From Mobula birostris (taxonomy: Eukaryota), in the NCBI RefSeq assembly GCF_030028105.1, contig NC_092398.1, positions 24,877,649 to 24,941,648 of the forward strand: DNA of 64,000 nucleotides, in the 5' to 3' direction. The notes under the pieces are model-generated. The model saw nothing but the letters and a program-made list of their open reading frames with translations. It did not search any database and was not told where the DNA came from. A program made the translations under genes and the position numbers. Position 1 is the first letter of the stretch. Each line of letters begins with the position of its first letter. Positions 37,984 to 52,987 of the stretch are shown here, one piece after another.

Positions 37984-40576
37984 CTGTGAAGGAATTGGAG
38001 AACAGTGTATGGGTTCAAAGTAGCTCAGCTCTCTTGTGACTGGACGGTATGGACAGAACTTCACCCTGTGTCTGACCCCGCGAGTATGTGATAGCACAGT
38101 GTACAGGGGGCTTCACTCTGCATCTAATAGCTAGTGGGAGCTTGTCCACATTACCACACTCGGCTTTAAGAAAGCCCCCTGTTTAGCCAGGGCATCAAAC
38201 GGTATGGGGAGAAGGCAGGGAAGTGGGGATGACTGGTAGAATTGCATCAGCCTATGATAGAATAGCAGAGCGGACTTGATGGGCCGAATGGCCTGCTTCT
38301 GTTCCTATACCTTATGGTCTTATGGTCACGGGGAGAACATTTGAAGTCAGACATCAAACATACAGACATCAGTGTAAATCGAACCCCGATCAATAATCTC
38401 AGGCACGATAGAGCAATTCTGCTATCTGCTAAGATAACGTGCAGTCCCTGATTGTGTTAATTAGACAGTTTAGATTAACCTTTGTTTGTAATGTACACTT
38501 CTGCTGCTGAAAAAATTGATTTTGATGGTATTTATACTGATTGAGGCCCTCTGTTAGTCCAGGTTGACCACGGTGTCCTAGCTGTCTGCAAGATACGCAG
38601 CATGGTACACAACTCAGAGCCATTGCCGACACAACAGGCTCCCCCCCTCTCCATGCTGCTGATAAAGCCAAAGGAATGCCAGAGACTGATACAGTTTCAG
38701 CGAAGGTTTGAGATCAGACTTTTCCTTCTCTTCGATGGGATGCTGACCACAGCTGATGAGCCCCATCTGCCTGAAGCGATTGATTTTAAGGGACCAATAA
38801 TCCACCTTTGCCCTTTCCCCTGTTATTAGAAATGGTTCTGCTGGGCTTAATAGCTAAGCCACATGTGAAGTTCCAGGAGCTAGACTTCGATGTCAGAGGC
38901 TATTTGAGCTGTGCACCATTGGGAGCTCATTCCAACTACCTTCCCAGGCTTTAACGACCTTAAGGAATTTGTATTTATAAGCTGTGCATCTGTTCCCATG
39001 ATAATAAACTTGAACAAGAGAGAATGAACAGCAGAGGGGGCTATAGGGCAATGCTTACTCCAGACATCTGTCAGGAATGGCAGATGAAGTTCAATTCAGA
39101 TAAATGCAAGGTGTTATATTTTCATGGATCAAACCAAGGCAGGGCATACACAGTGAACAGGCAAGTCCTGGTGAGTGTTGCAGACACTGTTCTCTCTCAC
39201 CTGTATGTGTCTGCGACCATGCAGTAACTGTAATGCTCCCGCGCACATAGCCGTTGCTACTGCGCAGCTGAAATTCTCTTTTATATAATGTTAGTATAAT
39301 TTTGAAATGATGCCAATATAATTTTGGAATCTATGTTAACATAATTCAGAAATACCCTGCAATTAATTATGTTAATGAATATAGTTTATTAATTTTCTAA
39401 ATAGTAAACATACCACACACTTTGAAACATTTTAGAGTTTCAATGCATTTACATTGTCAATGTTACAAGTTACAACACTGTTACAAATTGTAACAATGAA
39501 CACAGAATGGAAGGCGGCAGCTCATTGTTAATAAACTGCCGGCCTGCTGAAAGTTGATGCTGTCATATTCATATTAAAAAAAAAGATTTAAAGTGCCAGG
39601 TAGTTTTCAGAGCAGTGGTTAGTCCACACAGTGGTAAAAATAATTGGAGGGAAGGTCGGTTGTAGAACAGAGAGACCAGGGTGTGTTGGTACATAAAACC
39701 ATAAAGTGACGACACGGACAGGGAGGTAAAGAAGGTGTTTGTACACGTGCCGTCATCGGAAGGGCACTGAATACAGGAGTTGGGATGTCACGTTGTAACT
39801 GTACAAAGACTTCAAAGACAAAGTAACAAAGTACGCATCCTGTAGTGGGCTGGGTTGATCAGACCGAAACTAATCGAGTGTCCGGCAAATGTAATAAGTA
39901 AACAGATCCGACAAAGAAACTTAAGCCCAATTTATTATCACAAAAATAGAAAGGTACGCAAAATACTCCGTACCAAGTCACAAAGATTCCAGTGCTCACA
40001 ATTCTTAGTGACCAGTTGATTGTTGTTGGGAGAACTGCGAACTCCAACTCGCTCGTGAAATCATCCTGGGTCGTAGGCATCGAACGCGGTTTCCAGTCTA
40101 AAGAATCCAGGGAAAATTGTTCCAGTAAACAGGAGATCCACAAACGTAGAGAGAGACACACAGAGACAGACAGATGCCTTGATCTTTTGCCCTCCTGCCA
40201 TTAACCCAGCCTGGTTTCCTTCATTCATTAACGCAGTGTTCAGCATACCCTTAACATAGAACATAGAACATAGAATAGCACAGCACAGTACAGGCCCTTC
40301 GGCACACAATGTTGTACCGACCCTCAAACCCTGCCTCCTATATAAGCCCCCACCTTAGATTCCTCCATATACCCTTACTAATCAGTTGGACACTGTAATG
40401 GTCAGTCTTTATCCATCAGTCCACCAATGTTTAGGACTTAACGTTCCTTGAAATTACGGACGATTAGTGTATCTTAAATGCCCTGCCTCTTCCCACTTTA
40501 AATGCCCTGCCCTCAATACCCTATAAACCTTTACGTGCCTAAAGGCTTCTAAATGCCTAACTGCCCTGCTTTTCAT

Positions 40577-41125
40577 ATCATCATCATCATCATCATCATC
40601 ATCATCGTCTTCATCATCAGTCCGATGAGCCCTGAGCCCAGACTCTCGTTTTGCGGCCACTGTCCACGGCTCTCTGGGTAACCGAGACATTTCCTCCAGC
40701 CAAGATAGCGCCGAGTTTCAGTCTCTATCGAGGTTGTGGCTCAGACTGAAACTGATATCGTAGGTTCGTATCAATGTTTTTGGTGACAGAGGGAGGTTTC
40801 ACTGGTCAGGTTAGGATTTAGCGACAGGAATGTGGGGCAATTAGAGATCAGGCCAGGTCTAGGGCTTTACTCCACGAGCGAAGGCCACAGATGACGTGAA
40901 TGAAGGACTTTCATGGATGGGTGTCCAGTTGGCGAACATGTTGGACAAAGACTAGCTGGTTATCCTCCACACCCTGGGTCAGTCAGTTCGCTATATAAGC
41001 AGTGTGATTGGACGTCGAGGAGGGCTGGTGGCCCCTTAGCTACTCTAGTTGGTGTGTCTGGAGTAGGGCTCTAATGCCATCGATGAGGCCGGAGTACGAG
41101 GACTGAAGTACAGGGTCCCATCATC
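40577..41125 (-). mobile_element. RTE-like fragment with (GAT)n tail (copy 2)
   Basis: Duplicate of 14502-15050. Confidence 0.45.
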
Positions 41126-44100
41126 ATTGTGCCGTGCGGTCATGGACTGAAGGTCGATCGCGAGTCTGGATATTGAGACCCGATGGCCTCCGACGCTGGG
41201 TCACCAACAGCCCCAGCCAGCCGGCCTTTCCTGGGTTTGGAGGACGGTCTGTGTGTGCGGGCGTGCGTGGCGGGTCAGCGGGTGAGAGGGAGGTACAAGG
41301 TTTCCTTTGCTGTTGTTCTGCTGAATGTGGTGGGCAAGCTACGTCGGCGTCAGAATGTGTGACAAGACTGGCGGGCTGCACCCAACACAGCCTACTGGTT
41401 GTTTCGATGCACACACACAATATATCAATCAGTCTGAATCTGTGGCCGTGACCCACTTCTGGAGCGAGCTGAGATTAAGATCTCAGAAGCCGCTCTTGGA
41501 GTCTTCGGGAACTGCTACGCTGTGGGAGACGGTAGCGATGATGTGAAGGCGCAGCGAGGGAAGGGCACTGCCGGGGCGGGTGGGGAATGGTACCGAGGGA
41601 TTGCGGCACTGCGAGAAGAGCGGGGAAATATGGCACTGCTGAGCTTTGTCAGGAACGCCACTCTGATGCAGTCTTCTAGAGTAGACGCTGCAGGTTCACA
41701 TCAGCAAGTCAGGAAACAGTTGTATAAAACTTTGGAATGGGTGCACTTGGTTTAACTGTGTGCAGTTCTGACCATTCCATTACAGGAAAGATGCGGAGGA
41801 GTGGAGTTTACAGAGAAAATAGAACACATCACAGCACAGAAAAGGTCGTGCGGCCCACAATGTAATTTGGAAGGTTCGGGGGTGGAATCTCATTGAAACC
41901 TTTCAAATGTTGAAAGGCCTAGACAGAGTATATGTGGGAAGGATGTGTCCCATGGTAGGGGAAGTCTAGGACAAGAGGGCACAGCCTCAGGATAGAGGGG
42001 CATCCATTTAAAACAGAGATGTGCAGAAATTTCTTTAGCCAGAGTCTGGAGAATTTGTCGAATCTGTCAGCTGTGGAGGCCAGGTCGTTGGGTGGATTTA
42101 AGGAAGAGCTTGATAGGTTCTTTACTGGACACAGCATCAAAGGTTACGGGGAGTGGGGCTGTCGCGGGGGGGGGGGGTGGATCAGCCATGATTGAGTGGC
42201 AGAGCAGATTTGATGAGCCAAATAACATAATTCTTCCCCCATGTGTTAGGATGTTATGTTATGTCCAGCTATTTACCTACTCTAAGATTAATCCAACCCT
42301 TCCGTCCTACATAGCCCTCCATTGTTCTATCATCCATTTGCCTGTCCAAGAGTTTCTTAAATGTCCCCAAAGTATGTGTGTCCACTACCACCCCGCTGAT
42401 GCGTCCCGCGCACCCACCACTCTCTGTGTGAAAAACCTACCTCTGACATACCCTCTATACTTTCCTCTAATCTCCTTAAAATTATACCCCATCATATTAG
42501 GCATTTCCGCCCTGAGATAAAGCCTCTGGCTGTCCACTCGATCGATGCATATTATCGTCTTGCGCACCTCTATCAGGTCACCTTTATCAGGTCCTTTGCT
42601 GCGGAGAGAAAAGCCCCAGCTTTCTGAACCTGTCTTCATGCGACATGCTCTCTAATCCAGGCAGCATTCTGGTAAATCTTCTCTGCACCCTCTCTAAATG
42701 AAGTGGTCTGAACTAAACACAATGCTTCAAGTGTGATCTAACTGGAGTTCTGTGGATATGAAACATTATCTGATGGATCTGAAACGTAATCCTCCGACTG
42801 ATGACGGCCAATACTCCTTATGCTTTCTTCACCGTTCTCTCGCCTTGCTACCGACTTTGAGGCATCTATGGGCTCCGTCTCTGTTCCTCCGCACTGCTAA
42901 AAGTTCTGACATAAACTCTGCCTTCAAGTTCAACCTTACAAAGTGAGTTATTTCACACTTTTCTGCGTAACACTCTGAGGTGTCAGAGTTCAGTGAATCA
43001 GCGATGACAGACTCTTTGGAGAGGGTGCAGAAAATGGGGCAAGTACGACTCAAGGGTTGAAACGGCTTCTAGATGGGCACGGGATAGAGGTACAGGAGCA
43101 GTATGACTTGGTCTGGCAGCATGGGCACGGACCTCATCTCTCTGGCTGTGAAACTGCAGAGGACCCTGTCACCACCGGGGTCTCATCACAAAGACAACAG
43201 CCGTTTACAGTTTACTGTTTACCGTTTACCTCTGTTGAGCGCTGCACCGACATTGAATTATACTTATAAACTTAACTGTGGCAATATTTTGTGTCATGCG
43301 CTGTGTATGATGTATATTTTGTATGTTTCCGTGGTCCCGGGGAGCAATGCTTCGTTTGATCGTATATATGTACCGCCAGATGATAACAAATGTGAACTTG
43401 AGAAGGAGAAAGGATAAGTGACGTGTAGAAGTTAAATATATCATGCACTGCGTGATTGTTGACTGGAAATCGTTGTCATACAGACTCATAGATGGTGATT
43501 TAAAGGAACATCTGAAAATATATGGACGGACACAAACGCAAGCGAAGGCTGGGGTGACAAGTGTATTTACCTATGACAGGATTGTGTTGAAAACTTGGCA
43601 GATGAAGGTTAATCCCGAATCAGTGGCCTGCTACACACTGTGCGTGGGGTGAGGTTAAATGCAATCATAAAGTATTTATTGAATGGACTGGATGCTTGGA
43701 AGTGTTAATGAACAGTCGGAACTTTGGCTGGACCTCCATGTCTTTCTGAATGTAACATGGCACGGAGAGATGTTGGTAAAGAAGGAGTAAGCATCCTTCT
43801 CTTAAATGGTCGTATTTTTAGTGATGTTCAATAAGTCTTGCAGCAACTGCGTGAATGATTGAACGTCGATATCTCCGACTTCCAGTTCATTTTCCCCCTC
43901 TATTTTCCATTACTTTAATTCTCCACTCTGCCCCCACTTACTTCCTCTCTCTTCTCCCGGCGCATTTCCTCCGCATACTGCCCCGTTCCTCTCTCCTGTG
44001 ATCCACTCGCTTTTCCGATCTGATCCCTTCTTCTGCTATTTGTCTTCCACTTATCACCACCTAACATTGCTTCACACCCCTCTGGTATTCACTACTTTAA

Positions 44101-44927
44101 CTGCCACGTTCTAGTCTGTACACATTCTCCTCCGTCCACCTCATTACTCTGATTTCTTTCCTCTTCCTTTCCAGTTTCGATGAAGGGTTCCGGAAAACTC
44201 GACTGTTTATTCATTTATTTAGATTCTGCCTGAGCTAATGACCCCCCACGATTTTGTATGCGCTGCTGAGGATGCTTAGCATCTGCAAAATCTCTTCGCT
44301 GCAGACATACGCACATTTGGACCGTCGTTCATTTGGTCTTCTAAGCATCACTTAGACAGATTATTGATTAAGCAGAGATTGACCATGGAGACGCACATGA
44401 GGAGTTTAAATTAGGGTTATTGTTGGCACCCCAATCATGTGCCGAACCGTCTATTCCTGTGCTGGACTCATCTGTATTCATCATTTTCACCCACGTATTT
44501 ATAAAATTGAGTTAAGTGCGGATTCTTTGATACGATTACTGGGCCAGACAGCCCTGTTTCCCATACTTCTTGAGAGACAAACAGAATGATAGAATGCGGC
44601 ATACAACTGCTGATATTTATTCCGCGACATAGAAGCTAGTCGTTTTTAAAGGAGCGGGAAGTTGAGGGAGGAAGTTACATTTTAAGACTATATTATTTTT
44701 TTTATTTATCGATACAGCAGGGTTGCAGGGGTTCCCACCAGAACCTTCACGTCTTTGGAATGTGTATGCAACAGAGGCATCTGGAGTAAACCTCCGCCGT
44801 CGCCGATAGATCGTACAAAATTCATAGAGACGGCTGTGGGGACTGAAAGAGCGCCTCAGGCGCTGTGAAGCATTGTGCCAACCACTACGCTACGTTTAAT
44901 TGGTGGACTTAGTTTCCGATTAGCTTG

Positions 44928-46917
44928 TCACACCAGGCGAGAGAATGGAGATTTCAACACCTCCCGCATCTGCTCCCTGAACTTCTTCTGGGTCAAGGCG
45001 TAAAGAGCCGTGTTTGTGCAGCAGCTCAGAAGCTGCAGCATGTAGCCCAGCTCCCTCATGGTCGAAGGTGGGAACAAGGCATACCTCAGATATGATAAAC
45101 GAAAAAAATATGATCGTATCCACACAGTATGCACAACAAAAACCACCCACAACACGATGAAATTCGCCGACACGACCAACAGTAAAATGAGCGACTTCCT
45201 CCGGCTTTGCATCTCCGGGTCTTTGGAGCCATCCCCATTGCTGTTATTCCGGAGTCTCCTCCGAGATCTGCTCGCCACTACCACGTGTCTGATGGTCAAA
45301 GCATTGAGCAGCAGAACGACCACAAACGGGATCACAGGCGTCAGAAAGAAGCTGCAAGACTCGACTACTGTCCATGCAACTGAGAACAGAACACCGTCTC
45401 TTCCGTGGCAAAACCAAGGGACGTTATTAAACTGGTAGCGTCCTGAGAGCAAAAAATACCAGAAAATGTTCTTTAAACAGCTTAGGGCGGCCACAGTCCA
45501 CAGAACAACAGCCGCGGTTCTCTCGGTGCAGTATTTAGCTTTCAGATTCTGGTAGCGAATAGCCACGAATCGGTCGAAGGTGAACATGACGGTGAACCAG
45601 ACGGAGCAGTCGTTGGCTGTGTAACGTAGGACGGCGTGGATATTACACACGGGGATGTTCATCAGGAATATAAACGCTCCCCAAAAAACAATAGGAATCT
45701 GCCTCAATACCAGGTCAAAGACAACAACGAGAAGATCCGCCATTGCCATGGCCATCAAGTAACGAGCGACGCCTTTCGAAAGACCGCACTTTCCCTGGGA
45801 CAGGACCACAATCGTCAGCACGTTCACTATTGGGATTGAAAGAAACACAAGCATGTTTGTGGGCAAGGAATACTGTCAGCACAGTCACAGACAGGAAATA
45901 TGGAAACATGTTTTTGAACCCAGAATGGAAGACTGCAGTTTTCCAGCATCAGCGATGTCTGCAGGTGACGAGGATTATAGCTCAGTGAAATCGACAAAGA
46001 ACTGGAAAATAACGTCACAACGCCAAACAACGAACAGCTGAGAAAATGTGCTCTCGGATTTCGGTGAAGATGAATTTGAAATAGGGCTCGAAATTGGTCA
46101 TTGAATTGGAATTGCTTTACTATTACGGAAGTAGAATAACAAGGGTACAGGGAAACACGCGTCTCCACAATGTGCATACAGATCAATTCTTTACTCAGTG
46201 CTTTGAGGCGTGACGTCATATCAGTTCAGGCTCTCCGGCTTCTTCTGCTGGTCTTTTAAATTTATACAATATTTCGGAAGCCATCCATTTTAAACGGCAG
46301 TCCAAATTGGGAGTTCGGTATCTAAAGCTGCAACGCACACTTACTCAGTTGAAAATTTTAAACGCCAGCTCAGAAGATCTTTATTTCACCTTGATTTTAA
46401 CTGGAATTATTTTGTCTGCTCTTTTCATGTTATTTCTGCTTGTATTATAAAAGCACATTAAAACTTCGTCTATTTGGAAAGTGCTCTAATTATTGTTATT
46501 ATTATTTTTATTGTTGCTGTTTTTGTTGTTGTGATTATTGTTGTTTAAAGAAAAAAAAACGGGGAGATAAATGTTATTGACCGAATCTGTCAATGTATTA
46601 CAGGTTCATCATCAAAAGTTCAGTTAGTGAGGACGATGGACTGCGTTAACCCGAAAATGTCATTAAATTCCTACCTATCAAATCTGTTTACAGGAACCCG
46701 TGATCACTGCTTCTCCTTCTCTGGTCAGCAACTTACCGGGAAATGCAACCAAGGCGAGAACGGGATAGTAGATGGGCTGAATTGTCCGGAGTAAATACCA
46801 GATCCGTATGTCTGCTTGTATCCAAGGGTCATTCGAAAAAATATAGGGAGCCAGGCTGAAGACACCCTTCCCTGTCCCTGGAACATTCCATGGTCCTATT
46901 TCTCGTTCCTGAACCAT
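44928..46917 (-). CDS. Two-exon GPR139/GPR142-like GPCR, 359 aa (copy 2); join(complement 46737-46917, 44928-45826)
   Basis: Same splice sites (CCC G|gtaagt; caatag|TG). Exon 2 has 3 nt differences from copy 1 (one Cys>Tyr in DRFVAIRC/Y); exon 1 has 6 nt differences. Confidence 0.9.
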
Positions 46918-49387
46918 TGCCCGTCACTGTTCCCAGATTCCAGTCGGTGACCGGCGATTCGCACGCTGCACATGTGACCGTTCACGTAAAATTCCACTTT
47001 GATGTTCGCAGTTCCCCAATTATTGGTTTCCGCTGTCGAGCCACTGCGGTCCGTGTGTGACGGAGGTGTTGCTCTCGCTAATACTATGAATCTTAATCGA
47101 AAGGAGCAATTTTAAATACAGCTGCTAATCCCCCAGTGACACAACAGGCTCCATACGGGCTGACGTTAATTAACATACATCTACGGTTAACCCCTTTGAA
47201 TCCGTATCGCGGGTGCAAAAGGTAAAACGAATTATTAAACAGGGTGGAGATGTCCAGGATATATGTGCACCGATCTCGGACATTGGTTCTGCATTATCTT
47301 GCAGGAGACAGAATAGCTTGCAAGCACGTACCATCAGGCTCAGTAACAGCTTCAATCACGACATTATTAAAATATTCAACCCTTCCCGCTGACGATTAGA
47401 TGGACTCTTGATATTGCAATCTGCCTCACTCTGACTTTGCAATTTGTTGTTCCCTTGCGCCGCACCTTCTCTGTAACTGCAGCACTTTATTCTGCATTCT
47501 GTCATTGTATGACCCGGAAATCAATGCACTGAGGCAATCATTCTTTTTTTTTTTGAATGAGGAGTATGTAAAACAAGGTTGTTTTCTTTTCCCAGCATCG
47601 GCAAATACAATGAAGTCCCGTGTACCATCAGTGTCCCATCGGGCAGGATGCTGCGCAGCGTCCTCACCAGGACCAGCAGTATCTAAAACAGTTACTTTCT
47701 CCAGGCAGTAAGGCTATTCGACACTTATACCTACCAACACATTCCACCATCTCCCCCTCCCACCCAACACCACTACTTTATCATTTTCTATCAGTAAACA
47801 TGTGAACAGCCCTTAGAGTCACTTTGTAGACATATCAATCTCTGAATATAAACTATTTATGTATTTATATTTATTGTCCTTTTTATTACTGTGCTCATTG
47901 CCCTATTGTGTTTTTTGGCTCTGCAATGGATCCGGAGTAACAACTGTTTCGTTCTCCTTTGCACTTGTGTAATGGAAATAATACTGAATAAATTTGTATC
48001 TTGAATAGTAGACCCATTTACTAATTGAACACTCTGCAGTGTGATGGACCAATCGGTTAGGGAGCGACCTGCAGGTCTGATGAAAGACTCAGAGGGGATC
48101 CTTTCCTTCGAGGGGAGGAGGGTGATGGAAATCTTGTAACTTTGCTCCAGCTAATCTGATGGCACTGCGTCGGCGATGAAGGAGTGGATCATGTTGTATC
48201 GGATGAGTGACAATTCGGAAATTACGCGGTCGAAATTGCTTTAATTATGAAAGGGATTTGGACCAAATCTGTATTAAAGTTCAACATACATTAAATCCCG
48301 TTTAAACGCCCATCCACTCGACTGAAACACTGACAACAAACACAGACTGTTTGAGGAGCTTGGCAGATCAGGCAGCCTATATGGAAGTGAATAAACAGTG
48401 GACGTTTCCGGTCGAGACCATTCATCAGGACCGAAGAGGAAGGAGGCATACGCCAGAGTGAAATGGTGACGGAGGCGATAAGGAATACAGACCGGTACCT
48501 GATACTTGAAGCCAAGTGAGCGGGTAAATGGGTGGGTGGGGAAGAGGGATGAAGTAAAGACGTTGCAGTTGATAGTTGGAAAAAATAAGAGCTAGACAAG
48601 AAGGAATCTGATAAGAGAGGGGAATAGACCATGTGGGAAATTGAAGGAGGTGGTCACAAGGGGGAGGTGATCTCCTTGTGAGAGAATGAAGGAAAAGTGG
48701 TGTCAGAATGGATAATTGAAGAAAAGGGAAGGGGAGCGGAGAAAATTATCGGAAAACATTAAAACATTGACATTTTTCTTTTTATGCACCTACCATATCA
48801 AAGATACTTCCACGATTAAACCGGTTAGTACATCTGATGTGTTGCATTCGGATCACATCACAGGAAAATATGAGCCAGGCTACCAACATTTCGTCATAAC
48901 CTGCAAACCAACAGATTGCCCAGAGATTCTCCTCCGCACTACTTTGCATCCTCCTGTACGATGGTGTCCAGAATTACCCACAGTACTCTAAAAGCGGGCA
49001 ACGTAATATTATGTACATGAGAGTGGTGTTGATTAAAGGAACTGCTTTGACTGAATAGTGGAGAAGTCCTGTTGGGCAGAATAGTTTCATTATGATGCTA
49101 TAATTTGTGGGTTCAATACCTCACCCATGGTCCCTTTCACTTCCCAGTGTTACCCTTTATACTCACAGGTACGCCCTGTCCTTCGGCTGTTGATCACTCT
49201 GTTAACACTCTCTCACTGGCCGTCTCTTCTTTCCGTTCGACTGCTGCTACTTCTCGACGAAATATCTGGATATTATCCCTGCTCTAGTTTATGGCCACAA
49301 CACTGTGAACCTTCATCGCTATTCGCGCCTGTGTTTCCTTTTCTCGCAACTCTCCACCCTCTCTATCCTGACCCTCTCTCCTTGTTC

Positions 49388-49425
<38 letters not shown>

Positions 49426-49915
49426 GCTCCAGACCCGCTTGATGTGTTGGCATCCATTGTGCGCACACCAGATAGCAGTACAAGTGGGGTTCTATGTTGA
49501 CAGATGGGTGCACACAGAACAAACTAGTGCACAGCGGCGGTGTGGAGAGGACTGTGTACACGCCGGACTCAAGTGCACTGGGGACAGTTTTCAGATGTGT
49601 CTGTACAGACCGGACCAGTTAACAATGAAATTTCTTTTGACACACCTGCCATTGGAAAACATACTCCCGTGATTAATACGTTTGTACATTTCATCAACTG
49701 ATGTATTTCTTTCGGGTCACCTTGCATGGAAATTACGATCAACCTGTCCAATAGAGAGAGTCGTGGAGTAATAGAAAAGTACAGTACAGAAAAAGACACT
49801 TCGGCCAATCTAGTCTGAGCCGAACCAATTAAACTTCTGCTCCCCTCGACCTACACGCGTATCACAGCCCTCCCTAACCCAGGCATCCGTTTATCTGTCC
49901 AAGCGTCTCTCAGAC

Positions 49916-51090
49916 CAGAGGTCCCCAACCACCGGGCCGCAAAGCATGTGCTACCGGGCCGCGAGGAAACCTTTCCTCATTCCCTGTCACGTACTGTTGA
50001 GGCATTACGCATGCGAGGTCATTAAACTCGCTTCATCCATCTCAGCGCGGGAAGGAGATCAATTCCTCGTGCTTGCAAATGACGGCAGGCTGAAAAGTAT
50101 GTTTGACATAACATCTCTGCCGGCATTCTGGATCAAACTCAAGGCCAAATAACCTGAGATAGCCACGAAAGCACTGAAAACGCTGCTTCCATTTCCAAAA
50201 TATCTCTGCGCAGCGGGCTTTTCTGCAATGAATACAACGAAAACTAAATTGCGGAATAGACTGGACATAAGCAACCCCCTTCGAGTACCGCTGTCTCCTA
50301 TCACCCCTCGATAGTACAGTCTCCTTGCAGGGAAGCAAGCCCAGGACTCCCACTGATTCACCGATATTGGTGTGTTGCAATGATTCTATATGTCCATACG
50401 GGGAAAACATGTGTTGTGTGTTTAATATCCAAACGTTAATTAAAATGTTATGATGCTATTGACTTATATAAGCATATAACAATTACAGCACAGAAACAAA
50501 CCACCTCTGCCCTTCTAGTCCGTGCCGAACGCTTACTCTCACCTCGTCCCAACGACCAGCACTCAGCCCACAAACCTCCATTCCTTTCCTGCCCATATAT
50601 CTATCCATTTTTTCTTTAAATGATAATATCGAACCTGCCTATACCACTTCTACTGGAAGTTCATTCAAAACTTACTTCAAGCTCCCCGTCCTCCCCTGAT
50701 AATTGATTTATCACTATATTCATGCGAGGAAAATATGCGCTGTGTGTTTAATATTAAATTCGCCAGATAAACCCTTTTAGAAAGGAAATTGAGTGTATTA
50801 GGCACTTATTACCGATATTCCAGACGTGGTTTCCCCCCACCGCCGAACAGAATCGCCAAAAGCAATTTGTAGGGGAAAAAAATCGTCACGTAAACGCATT
50901 CGCACTGGTGCCCGCACAAGGCTTCATTGTCATTGAAGTCTTTTTCGGGTAAACACAACGTATTTGTCTGCTACTCTTGTCCGTTAGCAATCCTACCCCC
51001 CACCACCACCCCCGCCCCCCGGTCGGCCGGTCCGCAAGAATATTGTCAATATTAAACCGTTCCGCAGTGCAAAAAGTTTGGGGACCCCTG
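49916..51090 (-). mobile_element. Charlie/Buster-type element (paralog of 23755-24912)
   Basis: Ends cagaggtccccaacc ... tttggggacccctg. Confidence 0.8.
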
Positions 51091-51798
51091 TTCGTTCGTA
51101 GTGCTTTGCTGTTTGAAAGAAGATTCCAGGAAGTGAGTGCAAACTCGAACGGCCTTAAAGTGAAACAGTTTAGAGGTGGTGCGCCAGCCACTGATAGACT
51201 CCATTTCGCCGATTAAAGCATCGAGGAAGATTGAAATCAAGGCGAGTGCAGAAAGTGAGTGAGGGTTTAAAACTGACTGCTGTTTGATCGCAGGGACGGA
51301 TCTCTCTGTTGTCAGATGAGTTGTGTAGTACCTTTCACTCACTGTTGCCGGAGGGTAGGCCTCTGTGTTTCAGTGGTCTCTCTATCTCTATCTCTCGACG
51401 TTGGTCAGAGGATATTACCGGAGCTCTGCATTTATGGACTGGAGTATGGAGTTGTTCAGTCTTATGATGTTTATATTCTGCGTTTTCGTCAGTTATTTCT
51501 CGTTATTGTGTGGCGTGTTTTGTTAGTTCTTTGTGTGATAGAAAGGAGTTTGGGGTTTGATGTTCTTGTTCTTGACAGCTTTTTTTGTGTGATGTAGGTT
51601 TTGATGTTTATCTTTGAATTATTTCCATGCATTTCTTTGTACTGTGGCTATCTGGAGAAGACAAATCTCAGAGTCGCATACTGAGTACATAATTTAATAA
51701 TAAATGAACCTTTGAACGATTGTTGATGCCTGACGGGGCTATTTGGGTATCTCAGAGAATGTTGAACTCCTGGGATTATCAGGCACGAGTCTCTAGAG

Positions 51799-52987
51799 CA
51801 GGGGTCCCCAATCTTTTTTGCACTACGGAGCGGTTTAATATTGACAATAATCTTGCGGACCGGCCGACTGTGGCGGGGGGCGGGTAGGGTTGCCAACAGA
51901 CAAGAGTAGCAGTCAAATACGTTGTGTTCACTCCGAGAAAGATTTCAATGACCATAAAACCTTGTGCGGGCACCAGTGCGCATGCATTTACGTGCAGATG
52001 TTTTTTTCCCTAAAAATTCTTTTTGGCAATTCTGATCGGGGGATTGGGGGTTTGTTAACCACGACCGGAATATCGGTAATAACTGCCTAGTACACTCAAC
52101 TTTCTTTCTAAAAGGGATTACCTAACGAACTTAATATTAAACACACTGCGCATATTTTCCTCACATGAATATAGTGATAAGTCAATTATCAGGGGAGGAC
52201 AGGGGAGCGTGAAGTTAGTGTTGAACGAACTTCCAGTAGAAGTGGTAGAGGCAGGTTCGATATTATCATTTAAAGAAAAATTGGATGGGTGTATGGGTAG
52301 GAAAGGAATTGCGGGTTGTGGGCTGAGTGCAGATCGGTGGGACTAGGTGAGAGTAGCGTTCAGAGCGGGCTAGAAGGGCAGAAATTGCCTGCTTCCGTGC
52401 AGTAATTGTTATATGGTATATAAGTCAATAGCATCATAACATTTTAAGTAACGTTTGGATATTAAACACACAGCACATATTTTCCTCGTATAAACATATT
52501 AAGTCATTGCAACACACCAATATCGCTGAATCAGTAGGAGCCTTGGATTTGTTTCCCTGCAAGGAGACGGTCCTGTCGAGGGGTGATGGAGACAGCGATA
52601 CTCGAAGGGGGTTCCTTATGTCCAGTCTATTCCGCAATTTAGTTTTCGTTGCATTCATTGCAGAAAAGCCCGCTTCGCGGAGATATTTTGGAAATGGAAG
52701 CAGTGTTTTCAGTGCTTCGTGGCTATCTCAGGATATTTAGCCTTGGCTTTGATCCAGAATGCCGGCACAGATGTTATGTCAAACATACTTTTCAGCCTGC
52801 CGTCATTTGCAAGCTCGGGGAGTTGTTCTCCTTCCCGCGATGACATGGACGATGCACGGTTAATGACCTCGGATGAGTAATGGCTCAACAGTGCGTGACG
52901 GGGGATGAGGAAAGGTTTCCTCGCGGCCCGGTAGCACATGCATTGCGGCCAGGTATCGGTGCGCGGCCCGGTGGTTGGGGACCGCTG
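51799..52987 (+). mobile_element. Charlie/Buster-type element (copy 3), plus inverted left-end fragment to 53248
   Basis: TIRs as in copy 1; minus-strand MNATKTKLRNRLDIRNPLRVSLSP. Confidence 0.8.

Larger units (their letters stand above)
26078..45894. repeat. Segmental duplication copy D2, near-identical to 1-19820 (complete tandem unit 19821-45894, 26074 bp)
   Basis: Collinear match to 1-19820 including all TE insertions and pseudogene lesions. Confidence 0.97.
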
